A DNA stretch of 64,000 bases from Psilocybe cubensis (Eukaryota), in assembly GCA_017499595.2 (NCBI GenBank), contig CM039010.1, forward strand, positions 1,240,001 through 1,304,000. Direction: 5' to 3'. Made by a program: the position numbers and the translations under genes. Below, piece after piece: positions 14,950 to 26,856 of the stretch (the stretch's first letter is position 1; every line of letters starts with the position of its first letter). The notes under the pieces were generated by a model. The model was not told the DNA's origin. It saw only the letters and a program-made list of their open reading frames with translations, and did no database searches.

Positions 14950-15871
14950 TTACTGCACCGCTAGCTATGCTGGAATGGGGTGAAGTCGATGGGAATGCGT
15001 TAATGATGTAAACCGACCCAGCAGAGCATCCTCAGATTGCAGTTTGTAGGGAGTAAAGAAATCAGCTGTAAGCTCCTGAATTAACGGTCTGGGACCTGGA
15101 GAAATTCCTGAAACTGCAACTTGGGGAAGAATAAAAGAATGGAATGCAGGCTGGCTGCTAGAAAGGATCGACCTGCGCGTAGTGCGAATAGAAGAAAAAG
15201 AAAAAGAAAAAACGAAATGAAACGCGGAGGTGAAAGGGAAAGAAGGAACTGTAACGGAAAGCAACAGCTCGGCTTGGGCGAATTCGTTGCCAGACATGAC
15301 GACTTAACCACGGTGTTTCTTGCGTGGGCTCAATCACAATCAGCAACATTCCGGGACGGTTGCTATAGAAGGATATCTGTTGTGGTATCCAGATGTCATG
15401 AGGCACACCAAGGTAAAGCGCGGCGAGATCATGATATATCACGATTCTGTCATTTGAGGTGGCTGGGGCGGATGTGTCGATTGTAGAAGATGGAATCTTA
15501 TGGCATTACTAGGGCCGTACTAGTATCAAAACAAAAACCGGTTTGATGAAATTGTTCGCCCATGAACAAGGCGATGATAGGCTGGAGTATGAGGTCTCTG
15601 CACACCAATGAGAGAACTCTTCCTAGAGGATTTGCACAAATGATAGTTGGGGACTGTCAATGCCATGGATGAGCGGTGTTTGGGTTGGCGTAGTGAACAG
15701 GACAACAGACAAGGAATTCAGATGATTACATAATACTCATTTATTCTTAGTAGCGCCGGTACACTATTTTCTCTTTCCTACAACCAATACAATTCCCCAA
15801 GTTTCAAACTTGTGCAAAAGAGCGCGGTAATCTGTTCTCTGTCGCAGAGCAGCAACACCACACAAAGCGCG

Positions 15872-17734
15872 ATGGTGGTATGTTCTTGTTTTTAAATCTT
15901 TTAAGCGTGCTAAAATTGACATTAACCTCTATGGCTAGAAAATCTCAGTGCTCCAACATGACCCGTCTACACATCTGCCAATGCGGCCTGGAGACCCGAC
16001 GCCTACATCTCGGAATCTAAACCCTCTTATGCACCCCTTTGCCCGTGCGAGAGAACGAACCCGTGCTTTGAATGCGGTTAAAATGGAAAGGATGTTCGCG
16101 AAGCCGTTTGTGGACAGTCTGGAAGGGCACATCGATGCTGTTGAGGTTCTGTGCAGGCGACCTGGCTCCCTAACAGGTGTGGCCAGTGGAAGCTGGGATG
16201 GAGGTGTGTGCGTGCGTTCTCTAATCACGCAGGCGATAATCACTAAATGATGGAATTGGAATCAACCAGGAATAATCCTCCACAATCTAGCAACCCGAAA
16301 ACCGATCGCCAAAATTCCCCAGGCGCACAAGGGGAAAGCGTCAGGGCTATGCTTCTCTCCGGATGGTCAAAGGCTTCTTAGCTGCGGTGTCGATCGTAAC
16401 GTGAAGCTATGGGCCGTTGGAGACGATAACCTGAATACGGAGGTGGTAAGTCAACACCCTCGGACGACAGCGCTGCATGTCCGGCATCAGCGCTTCTTCT
16501 ATTTACTGTGCTCAATTTCTAATCCTTTAGCCTCTTAATGTATTCCCCGGGAAAGCTGCGTTTAAGTGAGGATCAATCTATCCATCTTTCGATAAATTCA
16601 CTTACCTAGTGATTTTCTCACCCGTTCTTCCTCCACGCAGCTCGATAGATCACCATAGAACAGACCCGCTTTTTGCAACAGCTTCTAATACTGTGCAGAT
16701 ATGGGACGAAACAAAGTACGTTAATATGATGATGCAAAGACCCAAAAAGAAAAATATCTGATAACGTCCACGATTCGTAGGAGTGCCGCTATATCAAATC
16801 TCACTTTCCCAACATCAACCGAGACCATCACATCTGTTCGATTTAATATGAGCGAGTCATCCGTGCTCGCAAGTATTGGATCCGACAGGACATTCACGCT
16901 GTACGATATCAGGACTGGAAAGGCTGAGCGACGAGTGGTTATGCAGGTAAAACTCATCTCATCCGAACCACATTTTTTTGATCTCTTAACTGCGTTACGC
17001 AGATGCAAAGCAATGCCTTGTCATGGTCGCCAACTTTCCCGACAACTATGCTACTCGCCTCGGAAGATCATAACCTTTACACATTTGACATCCGTCATCT
17101 TGATGCCCCAACACAGATATACAAAGCACACGTAGCAGCTGTTATGTCGTGTGACTGGAGTCCCACTGGTCTGGAGTTTGTGAGCGGAGGCTGGGACAGA
17201 ACAGTCAGGATATGGCAAGAAGGAAAAGGGCGGGCACCCGAAGTGTACCACACAAAACGAATGCAGAGGTGCGCTACGTTCCTTAGTATGTGATTAAATT
17301 GACTGACAATTTTCTTTCCAGAGTTTCGTCGACTGTTTTCACAGGCGACGCACGCTTTGTTCTATCCGGCTCAGATGACGGTAACGTGAGGATATGGAAG
17401 GCGAAAGCTTCTGACAAGCTCGGCGTCGTCACCGCTCGCGAACGCGCTGCGATTGAATACAGAGAGAAGCTCAAAGAAAGATGGAGAATCGACCAAGAAG
17501 TGGACCGTGTTGCTCGGTTAGTCGAATTGCTTGAACCATCGACCTTGATTGACCCGTCTCATGAAAATCAGGACACGGCATTTGCCAAAGTCAGTGCATC
17601 AGACGAACAAGCTCAAAAACACCATGCTGGAGGCAAGGAGAGTCAAAGAGGAGAGACGGAGAAAGCATACTCGGGCCGGGGAAAGCAAACCCAAAGCAGA
17701 ACGGAAAAAATTGGTTATTGCAGAGCAGGTGTAA
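15872..17734 (+). CDS. SOF1: WD40 U3 snoRNP/SSU processome protein Sof1/DCAF13, multi-exon
   Basis: RNLNPLMHPFARARERTRALNAVKMERMFAKPF, YHTKRMQR, LSGSDDGNVRIWKAKAS, RHLPKSVH...KEERRRKH. Confidence 0.95.
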
Positions 17735-17883
17735 CCTTGCATTCATGCTTCGTTTTTCGAACCCAATGTGTAATTTGTCTTTGTGCGCGATTACCTTCAG
17801 GGTTTGTTCAATGCTATAGTATGATTGACAATTTGATGTGAGCAAGTGCCAACGTAAAGTTCAAAAAATAATAACACTACTTG

Positions 17884-17919
17884 TTTAAAAAAAGCCCTTT
17901 CCAAAGGGCTTTTTTTAAA
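17884..17919. repeat. Perfect hairpin, 17-bp arms, 2-nt loop
   Basis: TTTAAAAAAAGCCCTTT-CC-AAAGGGCTTTTTTTAAA read directly. Confidence 0.9.
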
Positions 17920-18300
17920 GCGGGCTCGCTTCGCTCGCCCCTTGGGATCGAACTCAAACCTATTGAGCCTGAGGAGAGGATGTATTGTTTGCATTTGGTT
18001 TTATTTGACAGATAACGGTGTATTACTTCTTATCTGTTCAAAAAAAAATTATTTTGAGCGCAATACACCCATAATAATTCCAGATCCCTCAACTAATGTA
18101 AAATCTGAGATACTGAACCCACTTCCCCAAAAAAACCTGACGACAATATCAAAACAATTGGCCAACGTGGGGATCGAACCCAAGACCTGGTCCGAGAAAA
18201 GGGGGCGTGCCCGAAGGGTGAGCCGGGGCGGGGCAAGCGATACGAGGAGAGGGGGGAGCCCGAAGGGCGACACCCTCTCCGAGTATTGCACAACAAATCT

Positions 18301-18415
18301 GCGAGCGAAGCGAGCCCACAAACATGCGAGCGAAGCGAGCGCCCAAACCTGCGAGCGAAGCGAGCGCCCAAACCTGCGAGCGAAGCGAGCGCCCAAACCT
18401 GCGAGCGAAGCGAGC
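18301..18415 (+). repeat. Five copies of GCGAGCGAAGCGAGC at 25-bp period; one inverted copy at 17924-17938
   Basis: Copies start at 18301, 18326, 18351, 18376 and 18401. CTAGT follows 11 nt after the last copy (18427). Confidence 0.9.
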
Positions 18416-18460
18416 CGAATTTAAAACTAGTTAACGGTTAACACGCAAAGGATAAAGACA

Positions 18461-18537
18461 AAACTTTCTCTGAATCGGAGAAAGTTTCTTGGCCCACTCC
18501 TCTGACAGCCCAAACTTTCTCCGATTCAGAGAAAGTT
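18461..18537. repeat. Two inverted copies of a palindromic site AAACTTTCTC-N7-GAGAAAGTTT
   Basis: 18461-18487 AAACTTTCTCTGAATCGGAGAAAGTTT; 18512-18537 matches its reverse complement over 26 nt; 24-nt spacer. Confidence 0.9.
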
Positions 18538-18919
18538 CATTGGCACGTCTATTTTTAAACAACTGACGCGCGCAAAGACTAAACGGTTTAGCATACCTAT
18601 TAGTGCAGACTAAAGTCAATTAGCATGTAATGTGTCGGAAACTTCCCAGGTGCATGATCAGGCCGATAATGCCGTTAATGCTAAATTTGTATGATAATGC
18701 CTGATCAGAATTGTAGTCGCATGATCATTAAGCACCAACGTGATCAGGTAGGCCATGATCAGACAACAAATACCTGATAAGATGCATTTGACAAGATTAG
18801 GTGACCCGTAAAATGAGAAGAGTCAAACATGATCAAAAGAATACAAGAGCGTTGCTTGCCTTTAACACATACCTATAAGCCAGATATTGTAATTACAGAG
18901 CATTCATTAAGAGGATGTA

Positions 18920-19005
18920 CTTAGCGGGATTCGAACACATTACCTTGAAAGTTGTTAGATATACGTGAAAGACTTCTTACCTTTAAAACCACTGAGCCAT
19001 TTAGC
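18920..19005 (-). other. Degenerate tRNA-like Pol III cassette (A box and B box) inside the Plavaka element
   Basis: Minus strand TGGCTCAGTGG (A box, ~18989-18999) and GTTCGAATCCC (B box, ~18926-18936); no convincing acceptor or anticodon stems. Confidence 0.45.
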
Positions 19006-19282
19006 TGGATATTAACTGGTTAAAAAAGGTTAACTCGTACCTTTGTAAACATTTAACTCTTGAAGGCGTCACTCTTTGCCTCGCAAGTCGGATGCGCCTT
19101 GCAAATCGGATACACCTCGCAAATTGGATATGCCTCACAAATCGGATGAGATTGACTTTTGCTCTTACAGTAATACCCACAATTTGCAAGGGACTAATAG
19201 CAGTCGGATAATGACAGTAAGTTCAGTTTAAAATCTACACTGGATGTACTAATATTATCAATAGGACATCGACAATAATAAG

Positions 19283-21579
19283 TTATTTCCGTCCTCTTTT
19301 TCCAGAACCCCGGGACCGCGTTGAAGACTTCCCACCTCGTTGCGTGCCTGGGTCATGACTGGTGGGAGAGGAATCATTGGCATTGTCATCGGAATGATGG
19401 GAGGCATTGATTGTGTGAAAAGAAGTATGGGCTGGAAATCTTTCTTCCACGGCTAGACGAGAAGCTATAGCTCTGGACTCGGTGCGTGTTAACCGTTTTG
19501 TCAATGTTGCGACGGGTTCTGATGGATTGGCTTGAGAAGGTAGGGATTCTGTCAAAGGGTCGGCAAGTGTCAATGGATTGATAGTCGTCGGGTTGACATT
19601 GATATCATTGACAGAATCTAAAGTTGGATCGTTGCGGGGCTGTTCATTGAGTGGACGTGCGCCATCGTGATGTGGTTCTTTTTCAAAATTATCAGAGTAC
19701 TCTGCATCTGTAGTCGGACCATGGATAGGAACAAGTACTATAAGCCAGTATAAATTAGTACAGTATTAACAAACATAGTCACAAAAGTTGAATTTATGAC
19801 TTACAATCTGAGCGCATATCTTGACCTTCAATATCGTTGTCTGCATCCTCCGTTTCATCGAAATCTTCTCGATCAAATGCATCAGAATATGAAGACACAG
19901 CAAATTCAGATTCTTCTTCAAGACGCAGACGCTCCATGTCTCGCTCAATTTCGGCAGCTTGATCTAATTCAATAACCTCTCCATCACCATCGTGTCCAGA
20001 TTGTCCATGTGCCGAAATATTGACAGCAAATACTTCACTGTCCCACTCTTTGAGAAGTCTAACAACATACCCTGCAGTTGCCGGATTTGCATGAAGTTGG
20101 GTGAGGTACATTTTGTAATAATTGATCTCGGCATTGTAGTCAATCTTCGTATCGGGTCCAATTCCTGACCCGCCAAACGATTTGTCGCTAGATAAAATAT
20201 ATCTGCACTGATAATAGATGAACGTTGTATATAACAAATAAGGTAGACGGTCCAGCAACTTACAAATCCACAAATATTTGCAATTAGACCAAATGTAGTC
20301 TTTGCAGGCTTGTCCGACCCTAGATAAAAGCTTGAGGCCCGAGACACAGCATTGTCCTTGTCCATAGCGGATGTCTTTCCAAAAAGCGTAGCACGAGCAG
20401 TCTACAATAAGCCACCATAGTTAGTGTGAGCTTTGTAATTAAAAAAAATAAGCAAGTAACTGTTCATACCATATATAGAGACCTGTTTCGAAATCTATGT
20501 TCAACACGGGAGGTATCACCATTTTTACACAGAATAGGTGGAAAGCGAGCATAAGCCTTTTCGGGTGAGGCCTTTCCTGCTTCCGAGTTAGCAAATGCGA
20601 CATTAAATCCCAAAAGCTTCTGAATTTCCGGCATCTTGATTCGTTGGGATGTAAATTTAGGATCAAAGTAATGTGTCGGAAGGCCAAAAATACTGGCTGC
20701 ACAAGACGTTCGAAGCATTGATAATGATGTGGACCGACCAGCACTGAGTCCCTCCCTAAACTGTCGATGTAATTTGCACCCATTCAACAAAACATTAGCA
20801 TTCTATCGACAACTCGTTTAATTTAGAATATTAATGACTTACCAATCGGAGAAATGTTTTACCCTTTGAGCTAGACGCCAACCGCATGATTGGATGATAC
20901 TTGGAGGGAATGTGCTCGTAAAGCTCTAGAGTTGCTCCAATAGCCTCATTAGCTGGTGATTTGTAGCGCTCAACGCTGTCCAAGGCAAATGATGCAGTAG
21001 GTAATGTTGGAGAAAACATGGCAGGTGTAACAAAGAGATTGTAAAACAGTCCAAAATACCGCCCCCATTTTTTCACATCCAGCGCCATATCTGTCACAGC
21101 AGGGTCTACTTCGGATGAAATTGGGTCTACAATAGTGCCTGGAATACTTGCATTTTTAGCATTCTGCACGCGCTTTGGTTGACGTGTGAGCTGTAGCTTT
21201 AAATCTGCAACCTCAGCTTTAAGCTGTGAGTTTGCAGTCTGTAGAGACGAGTAGTCCTTTTGCAGTGTACAGTAGGCCTATGATATGTCAAAGTGATTCA
21301 TTTTCTGTTATTCTATACAGAAGTGTGAATGAACTGCACCTTATAGAGCTGTGTCATGTCTAGAAATTGAGGAACAGCAAAAGATTCTGAAGGATTATTT
21401 GATAGCAAGGAAGCGTTGGAAGAAGAAGTATCTAGTGGGAGTAATGTTCCGGGATCTGTAGCAAGTCCTGGCATTGAATCCACAATAAGAGGAGGAGTGC
21501 TAGTATGTGATAGCATTGGGTGATTGCCAGATGTACTTCTAGCAGAGCTTGGACCTTGGATACGACGACGGGCCATCAC
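19283..21579 (-). CDS. Plavaka companion gene, uncharacterised, multi-exon
   Basis: Co-oriented exons with GT-AG introns: KKWGRYFGLFY, RFPPILC, CRYILSSDKSFGGSGIG...YYKMYL...WDSEVF, then an acidic/low-complexity tail; lies between the TIRs. Confidence 0.7.
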
Positions 21580-22268
21580 TTTTATGTAGTTAGATTATGT
21601 CTACATATGCCTTTGGCTTGTTTTTTTATAAGAGCTTCCCTTCTACCCACTTCCAAATTAACTATAAACAATGTCTTCTATCTACTGATAATGAGGTAGA
21701 TGTGAAAGTATTGTATTTTAGAACAGTCTGAGACACATGCTGCTTGGAAGCGCATGCAATATGATTAGCAGATAAGCATGTTGTAGCTACACACCATTTT
21801 GATCAATGCACCCGGTTGATAGTGAAGGGATTCTCAATTTATTAATTCATCACTAATGCACATGAAATTGCATTGACACCACATGAGCAACTATCTATTG
21901 AGACCTCCACCTGATATGTGAGCGCATTCTAACATGATAGAATGCTATTCTATACTACAAATTAATTGAATCTATGTTTAATTTGTTGAATTTAGCCATG
22001 CCGCTCTCCAAACGCCTGTTACCATGTGCAATTGATTTGTTCTAAGTCAACTTTTTCACGGCTGTGAACTTTCTCACGATGTCGCATTCTTCTTTACTTG
22101 CATTTCAGGATGTGCCGATGTGTTACCGTTGGGCCAAAATTAAGTCTTTCAGTTTAATATGCCTAAATATATATGAAAGCGCAGCAAGTCTAAAGAAAAT
22201 ACCTTTATTTGGGGTGACCATTGACAAGTACAAAGGCAAGTGCAATTAATAGCAGGGCGGACAGTATA

Positions 22269-25200
22269 TTACACATTTGCATGATTAATCAATTCTACAT
22301 GACCTAAATCTGGATTTAAGCGTTCCCACATATCCTGATCAATGAGATCGTTGACCAAAAATTCTGATCCAGTGACATCCGTGCTGTGATTTTTGGATAA
22401 AAGTGCACCCCGAATGATTGTATCAGCATGTATGAAAACAGCTGATGATCTTGGCCGAGACCGAACCCTGATTAATCCCAAGTCTATGTCGCGTCGGCGA
22501 GCCAATAAGGATCGGGGGACATCCATAGGCAAGGCTAGTGCCATATAATATGTTTGATTATGTAGCTCGATACCAAATAGATACAAAAGCTGCACAAAAA
22601 TGCATTGCTTTTGATCAACCTTGATAAGGGCAAAGTCATATCTTTCTTTATGATGGAATTTGGGATTTGTTCGGAGTATATTGCTTTCTACCCGCCAGTC
22701 AATGAGTGATTCATAGAATACCTCAATAGACTGATAGGGTGTGATCTAAGTATTGAGAAATTTGATGTTAGTTCAATGCTTCAAACTGCATGCAAAAGTC
22801 TAAGTCTGATAAAGGTTAAACACTTACTGGATGATCTGTACTCAACAAAACTCTACTTCCAACGGTTTGTGAGAGTGATTGACCCAGCCTTCGTCGGAAT
22901 AAATTAAATGCAGTGTCTTGTGAGTGGATAGTTTCCAGCTCAAGTTCAGACAATGTAATGGTAGGAAGCTTTGATCCAAGATGTATATGGTCATTTCCAG
23001 GCTTAGATTTTGCTGGCAGGTCTAGGCCGTCTCGTTCTTCTGCATCTTCTATATTTTTCTCCACAGAAACATCGAGTAAGTCTATTCCATCACGTACAAT
23101 ATTTGACACAAGATCCATTTCATTGACTTGGAGAATCTAACGAGTTAAAAAGATGTAGTGATTCAGTTATGTATCAGGTAATGCTCACATAAAATAACAC
23201 AGTTCATGGCTTACTTGTGGTGCTACATTCTTGAAATTGGTATGATTCTGATAGAACTTTTTCAATGGTCCGTTTGCCTTCTCATATGGCTTTGTATTAT
23301 AGTTGCGAGTTACGCCTTTATTAAGAATGTCGTCAAATATATGCTGGTGCGTGTGTGTCTTGGGAAAATTCCAAGACTTCTCTGGACTTTCAGATGCATA
23401 CAACTATTTTGTTAAAATTTTGTGACAAAGTAAGCCACAAACCAATATTTGTAAAAGAAACACACCTGAAGAGTTTTGTTGAATATTTCAAGATATTTCC
23501 GGCCATTACTGATTGTTGTTTCCGTTTGCAGAGTTAGTGAAGCAAACATTCGAAGGTTTAGGTAGCTCCGAATTAGCCGTAGTAGTAAGTATCCACGTGG
23601 AGAAGCTTCAGCAGTCAGCACATGTTGAGCAGCAAAAATGATAACCTTGGATAGGTGTTCAAACTTTCGTCCATCAGACATTTCTCCGGTTTTATTTAGT
23701 GCATCAAAGTGGTTGAGTGCAGGCCATGGGGGAATACTTTGCAGACCAAGATCTACACCAACCTCAGCATCTCTACCTAGATCTCTAAGCACTGCTTTTA
23801 GCTCCACCAACATATGTGATTTGAATAGTCCCCCATCATAAGCATGTAGCACATCAAAGGAGAGTGCTTTGTATATATCGGTTCGGTTTATATCCCAGAA
23901 TACATTCTAGAAACATAAAATATAATTTCAGCACAAGAGTAAACAATCACCCTGCTAATGGGCGCTTATTTGAAATATACCATAACATCTGTAATCCCAT
24001 ATGATTTAAGCAGATCTTCGCTCTCTGTTGCATTTAAACTTTGGGAATGAATGTAAATTTGACGCATTTGAGAGGTTGTGCGTCGAGGATACACAGTTGA
24101 AAGGTTGGAAAGCTCGGAATTTGGAACTAAACAAATTGGGCAAGGAAACAGTCCTGTTCGACCTCGTGTCAATGCCATCATTGTCCTGTCAATAAAATTA
24201 TAAATTAGTTATGCTACAGAACTCTACTTTTATAATACAGCTTACTGTTCTTCGTAGTCAGCAGATATTGAGAGAATATGAGGAAAGATATTTCGAGTCT
24301 TTCCATCACCACACTTGATTGCAGCTCCAAAGGTTGCTGGCGCTTCAATTGACTGTAGAATTTTGTGTACGGCCTTATGCCAAATTAACCGTTTAAGGTC
24401 AACGTAGCTGGCTTTGTGAGTATGGGCAGAATCCTCGTCTGGCTATAATGAGAGAAGTTCAAATAATATTAGCAAAGATATGGGCTATTTGAGAGACATT
24501 GAATCATGTAACAAAATAGAGACATACAATGGGTAACCAGCCAATAAGTCGACCTCCTCCAACTCCAGTTCCATTCCGAATATCAACAGGAAGGTTTGCA
24601 CATCGTACCATGACAGGATAGCCTTTGACTGTTCCAAAGGATGATAATTGGGATTTATCTGCCCAAGGATTGATGAACATTACACTAGCGTCATTTGGAA
24701 TGTCTGGCCGTGACTTTGACATATCAAACATTTTGTGAGTAAATAGACTTGATTCTCAATGAAGTATTAGAATTTTGATACCTGGATGTCCCACCAAGTG
24801 TTCGCAGTCCACGGCTCATCAATTATCCGCTCAAACCTCTCTCCTTTATACATGAACAACTGTTCTGCATTCCAGTGAAACCTTCGGACAAGTGCTGGAT
24901 CCAAAAGAAGTTCACGGCACCATTCCCATAGGGGACGGTACCACACATTGTAGGTAAGGCTTTCACCCTTGTAATCGACCGAAATGGGAGTCTTGATAAA
25001 CTAAACCAGTTTTCAACAGGTGAATAATGAATTGTTAAATAAAGTTGCAGTGTGCACGTACTCCCTGTGCACGGGTTTCCCGTGCAAAAGTCCATATTTG
25101 AGTTAAATCGGCATCATTTTTCAGTGTGAATTCATTCGGTGATGCGATGGCTTGATGAATTAGAGCGATAAGCACCTCTAACTGATTATGGCTCAGATGG

Positions 25201-25886
25201 GCGCTAAGAAATATCTCTGCAAACTCGAAGTCAAGACGTGTACGGAACGGGCGCCAAGGCCTCTGGTCCACATTGACCGAGTTTAATGGTGAGTTGCCTT
25301 CGCTTTCAAGCTCGCAGTATTCGTCAAAAGTATAATTTGCATCTGGCATTTGGGAGCTTGGGTGATACTTAATGTGTATGTCTTGAAATTGGGGAGTGTC
25401 AGTGCTGCGAGCTTGCTCAAAATTGACGTCTAATTCAGAATCCTCTTGTATTTCTAAATTACAACATCATCAGTAGCTTCTTATCTGTTTTTCTCTCAAT
25501 TAAATAGTGCTTACCTTCGGAGAATATATTCGGAAAGTTGGGTACTTCTGGTAATATACCGGCCTTGTGATAGTTGTTTGGATGTTGTTGTTGAGCAATT
25601 CGGATAGCATCATCAACTATTAGAAATACAAGCATTAGAAATATGTATGCACAGAAGTAGATACCATCTTTCCATTTCTGCCCTCTTGCTCAGCAAGAGC
25701 AACAAATTCCGTGTCGATTTCCGGTGCGTGACGGTTTGAATTGGCTGGATTGAGTGCGCATCGTCGTTCATGAGCTCCAATTCCGCGAGGAAGGTACATG
25801 TTTGTGCACCAGGTGCACTCAACACGACCAGGATCTGCATGAGACATCATGTGCCCTTTAGATTGAGATGTTTTACGAGGAGGCAT
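22269..25886 (-). CDS. Plavaka transposase, multi-exon
   Basis: N-terminal zinc-finger-like CTWC...HERRC; PWRPFRTRLDFEFAE; EPWTANTWWDIQ; WADKSQLSSFG; SADYEEQ; FPCPICLVP; SFDVLHAYDGGLF; WNFPKTHTHQH...NYNTKPYEK. These motifs are typical of Plavaka transposases. Confidence 0.88.
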
Positions 25887-26856
25887 AATATTTGGTAAGA
25901 GGCTTGTAAGAGAGAAGATAAGGGCGCTATTTGTTCATTTAAGAAAGCACACATTCCACTGTAATTTATACTTTTCTATGTCTTAAGAAATCGAGTTACA
26001 TTAAGCTAGAAGAGTTCTATACCTTCTCTAGAAGTTTACATGTCTACTTTCTTGTGGAACTAAGTGTTCTAAGCATGCTAAACTTTGTAGATGACAAAAA
26101 ATCGAAGCCATTAAAGGCATTTAAAGTGTTCTATTGTCCATTTTATTTGTGTTTAGTATTGTGATATACAATCTAATCATACAACCTAGTGCACAGATTG
26201 CCCGTAGAAGCATAATGTGTGGTGCTATTAGGGTTTTTGGTATGCTTAAACAACTCCAAAGTCTCTAGCAATCGTTTCCTCACGTCGTCTATGACAAGTC
26301 CCTAGTGTACGTTATCTTATCTTAAGGTCATTTATAACATCACACTGCTCTTAGCATTAACAGGAGGCGGTCTCGCTTATCATACCACGTTGTGCATTTT
26401 AGCCCATTAACAATGATCTGATCAGTAAAATTGGGGCAATGATCAGACTAACGCCTGAAAAGGCGATCTAGAGGTTTCCGACATGGCCAGACTTAACAGT
26501 CGCCCCTCTATTCCTTGCTCTCCAACATGTCTACCCAACAGCCCCAACCTAACCCTCAGGTCAACCCAGTGGCTGGCCAGAGCAAGACTCCTTCCTCATA
26601 TGCATTTCGGCAAATGTCTTCCCTTGTATGTCTATCCGTTTCCTATGACCCACTATTTTCTCACTCTCGATACAGGATATCAAACCAAAGGCATGTTTTA
26701 TGTCTTTTTCTACTTCTTCAACTCACATCTTTAAAAGAAATGTGATAATTTTTTGCCCGGACAGACATCATTTTTCATAAATGAGTGGGTTTTCTCTTCT
26801 TTCTTGTCTTTCTTCGCTCATCCTTCACAGAGAATCTCCCACGCAAAAATAAATTG

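Larger units (their letters stand above)
18633..26483 (-). mobile_element. Plavaka-type (CMC-related) DNA transposon, ~7.85 kb
   Basis: TIRs TGTCGGAAACTTC (18633) and GAGGTTTCCGACA (ends 26483), 12/13 match; TG duplicated on both sides (18631-32, 26484-85); TGATCA subterminal repeats at both ends; encloses a transposase and a companion gene. Confidence 0.85.

Noticed and set aside
17875-17880. CACTAC as a CACTA terminus for the whole island
   Set aside because: No matching inverted terminus found on the right; TAGTG at ~40735 matches only about 5 nt.
18159-18190. Functional tRNA gene
   Set aside because: Only T-arm and 3' acceptor-like sequence is present; no D-arm or anticodon arm.
17942-18424. 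ORFs with RAKRA/ASEAS/ARFAR repeats
   Set aside because: Artefacts of the GCGAGCGAAGCGAGC repeat.
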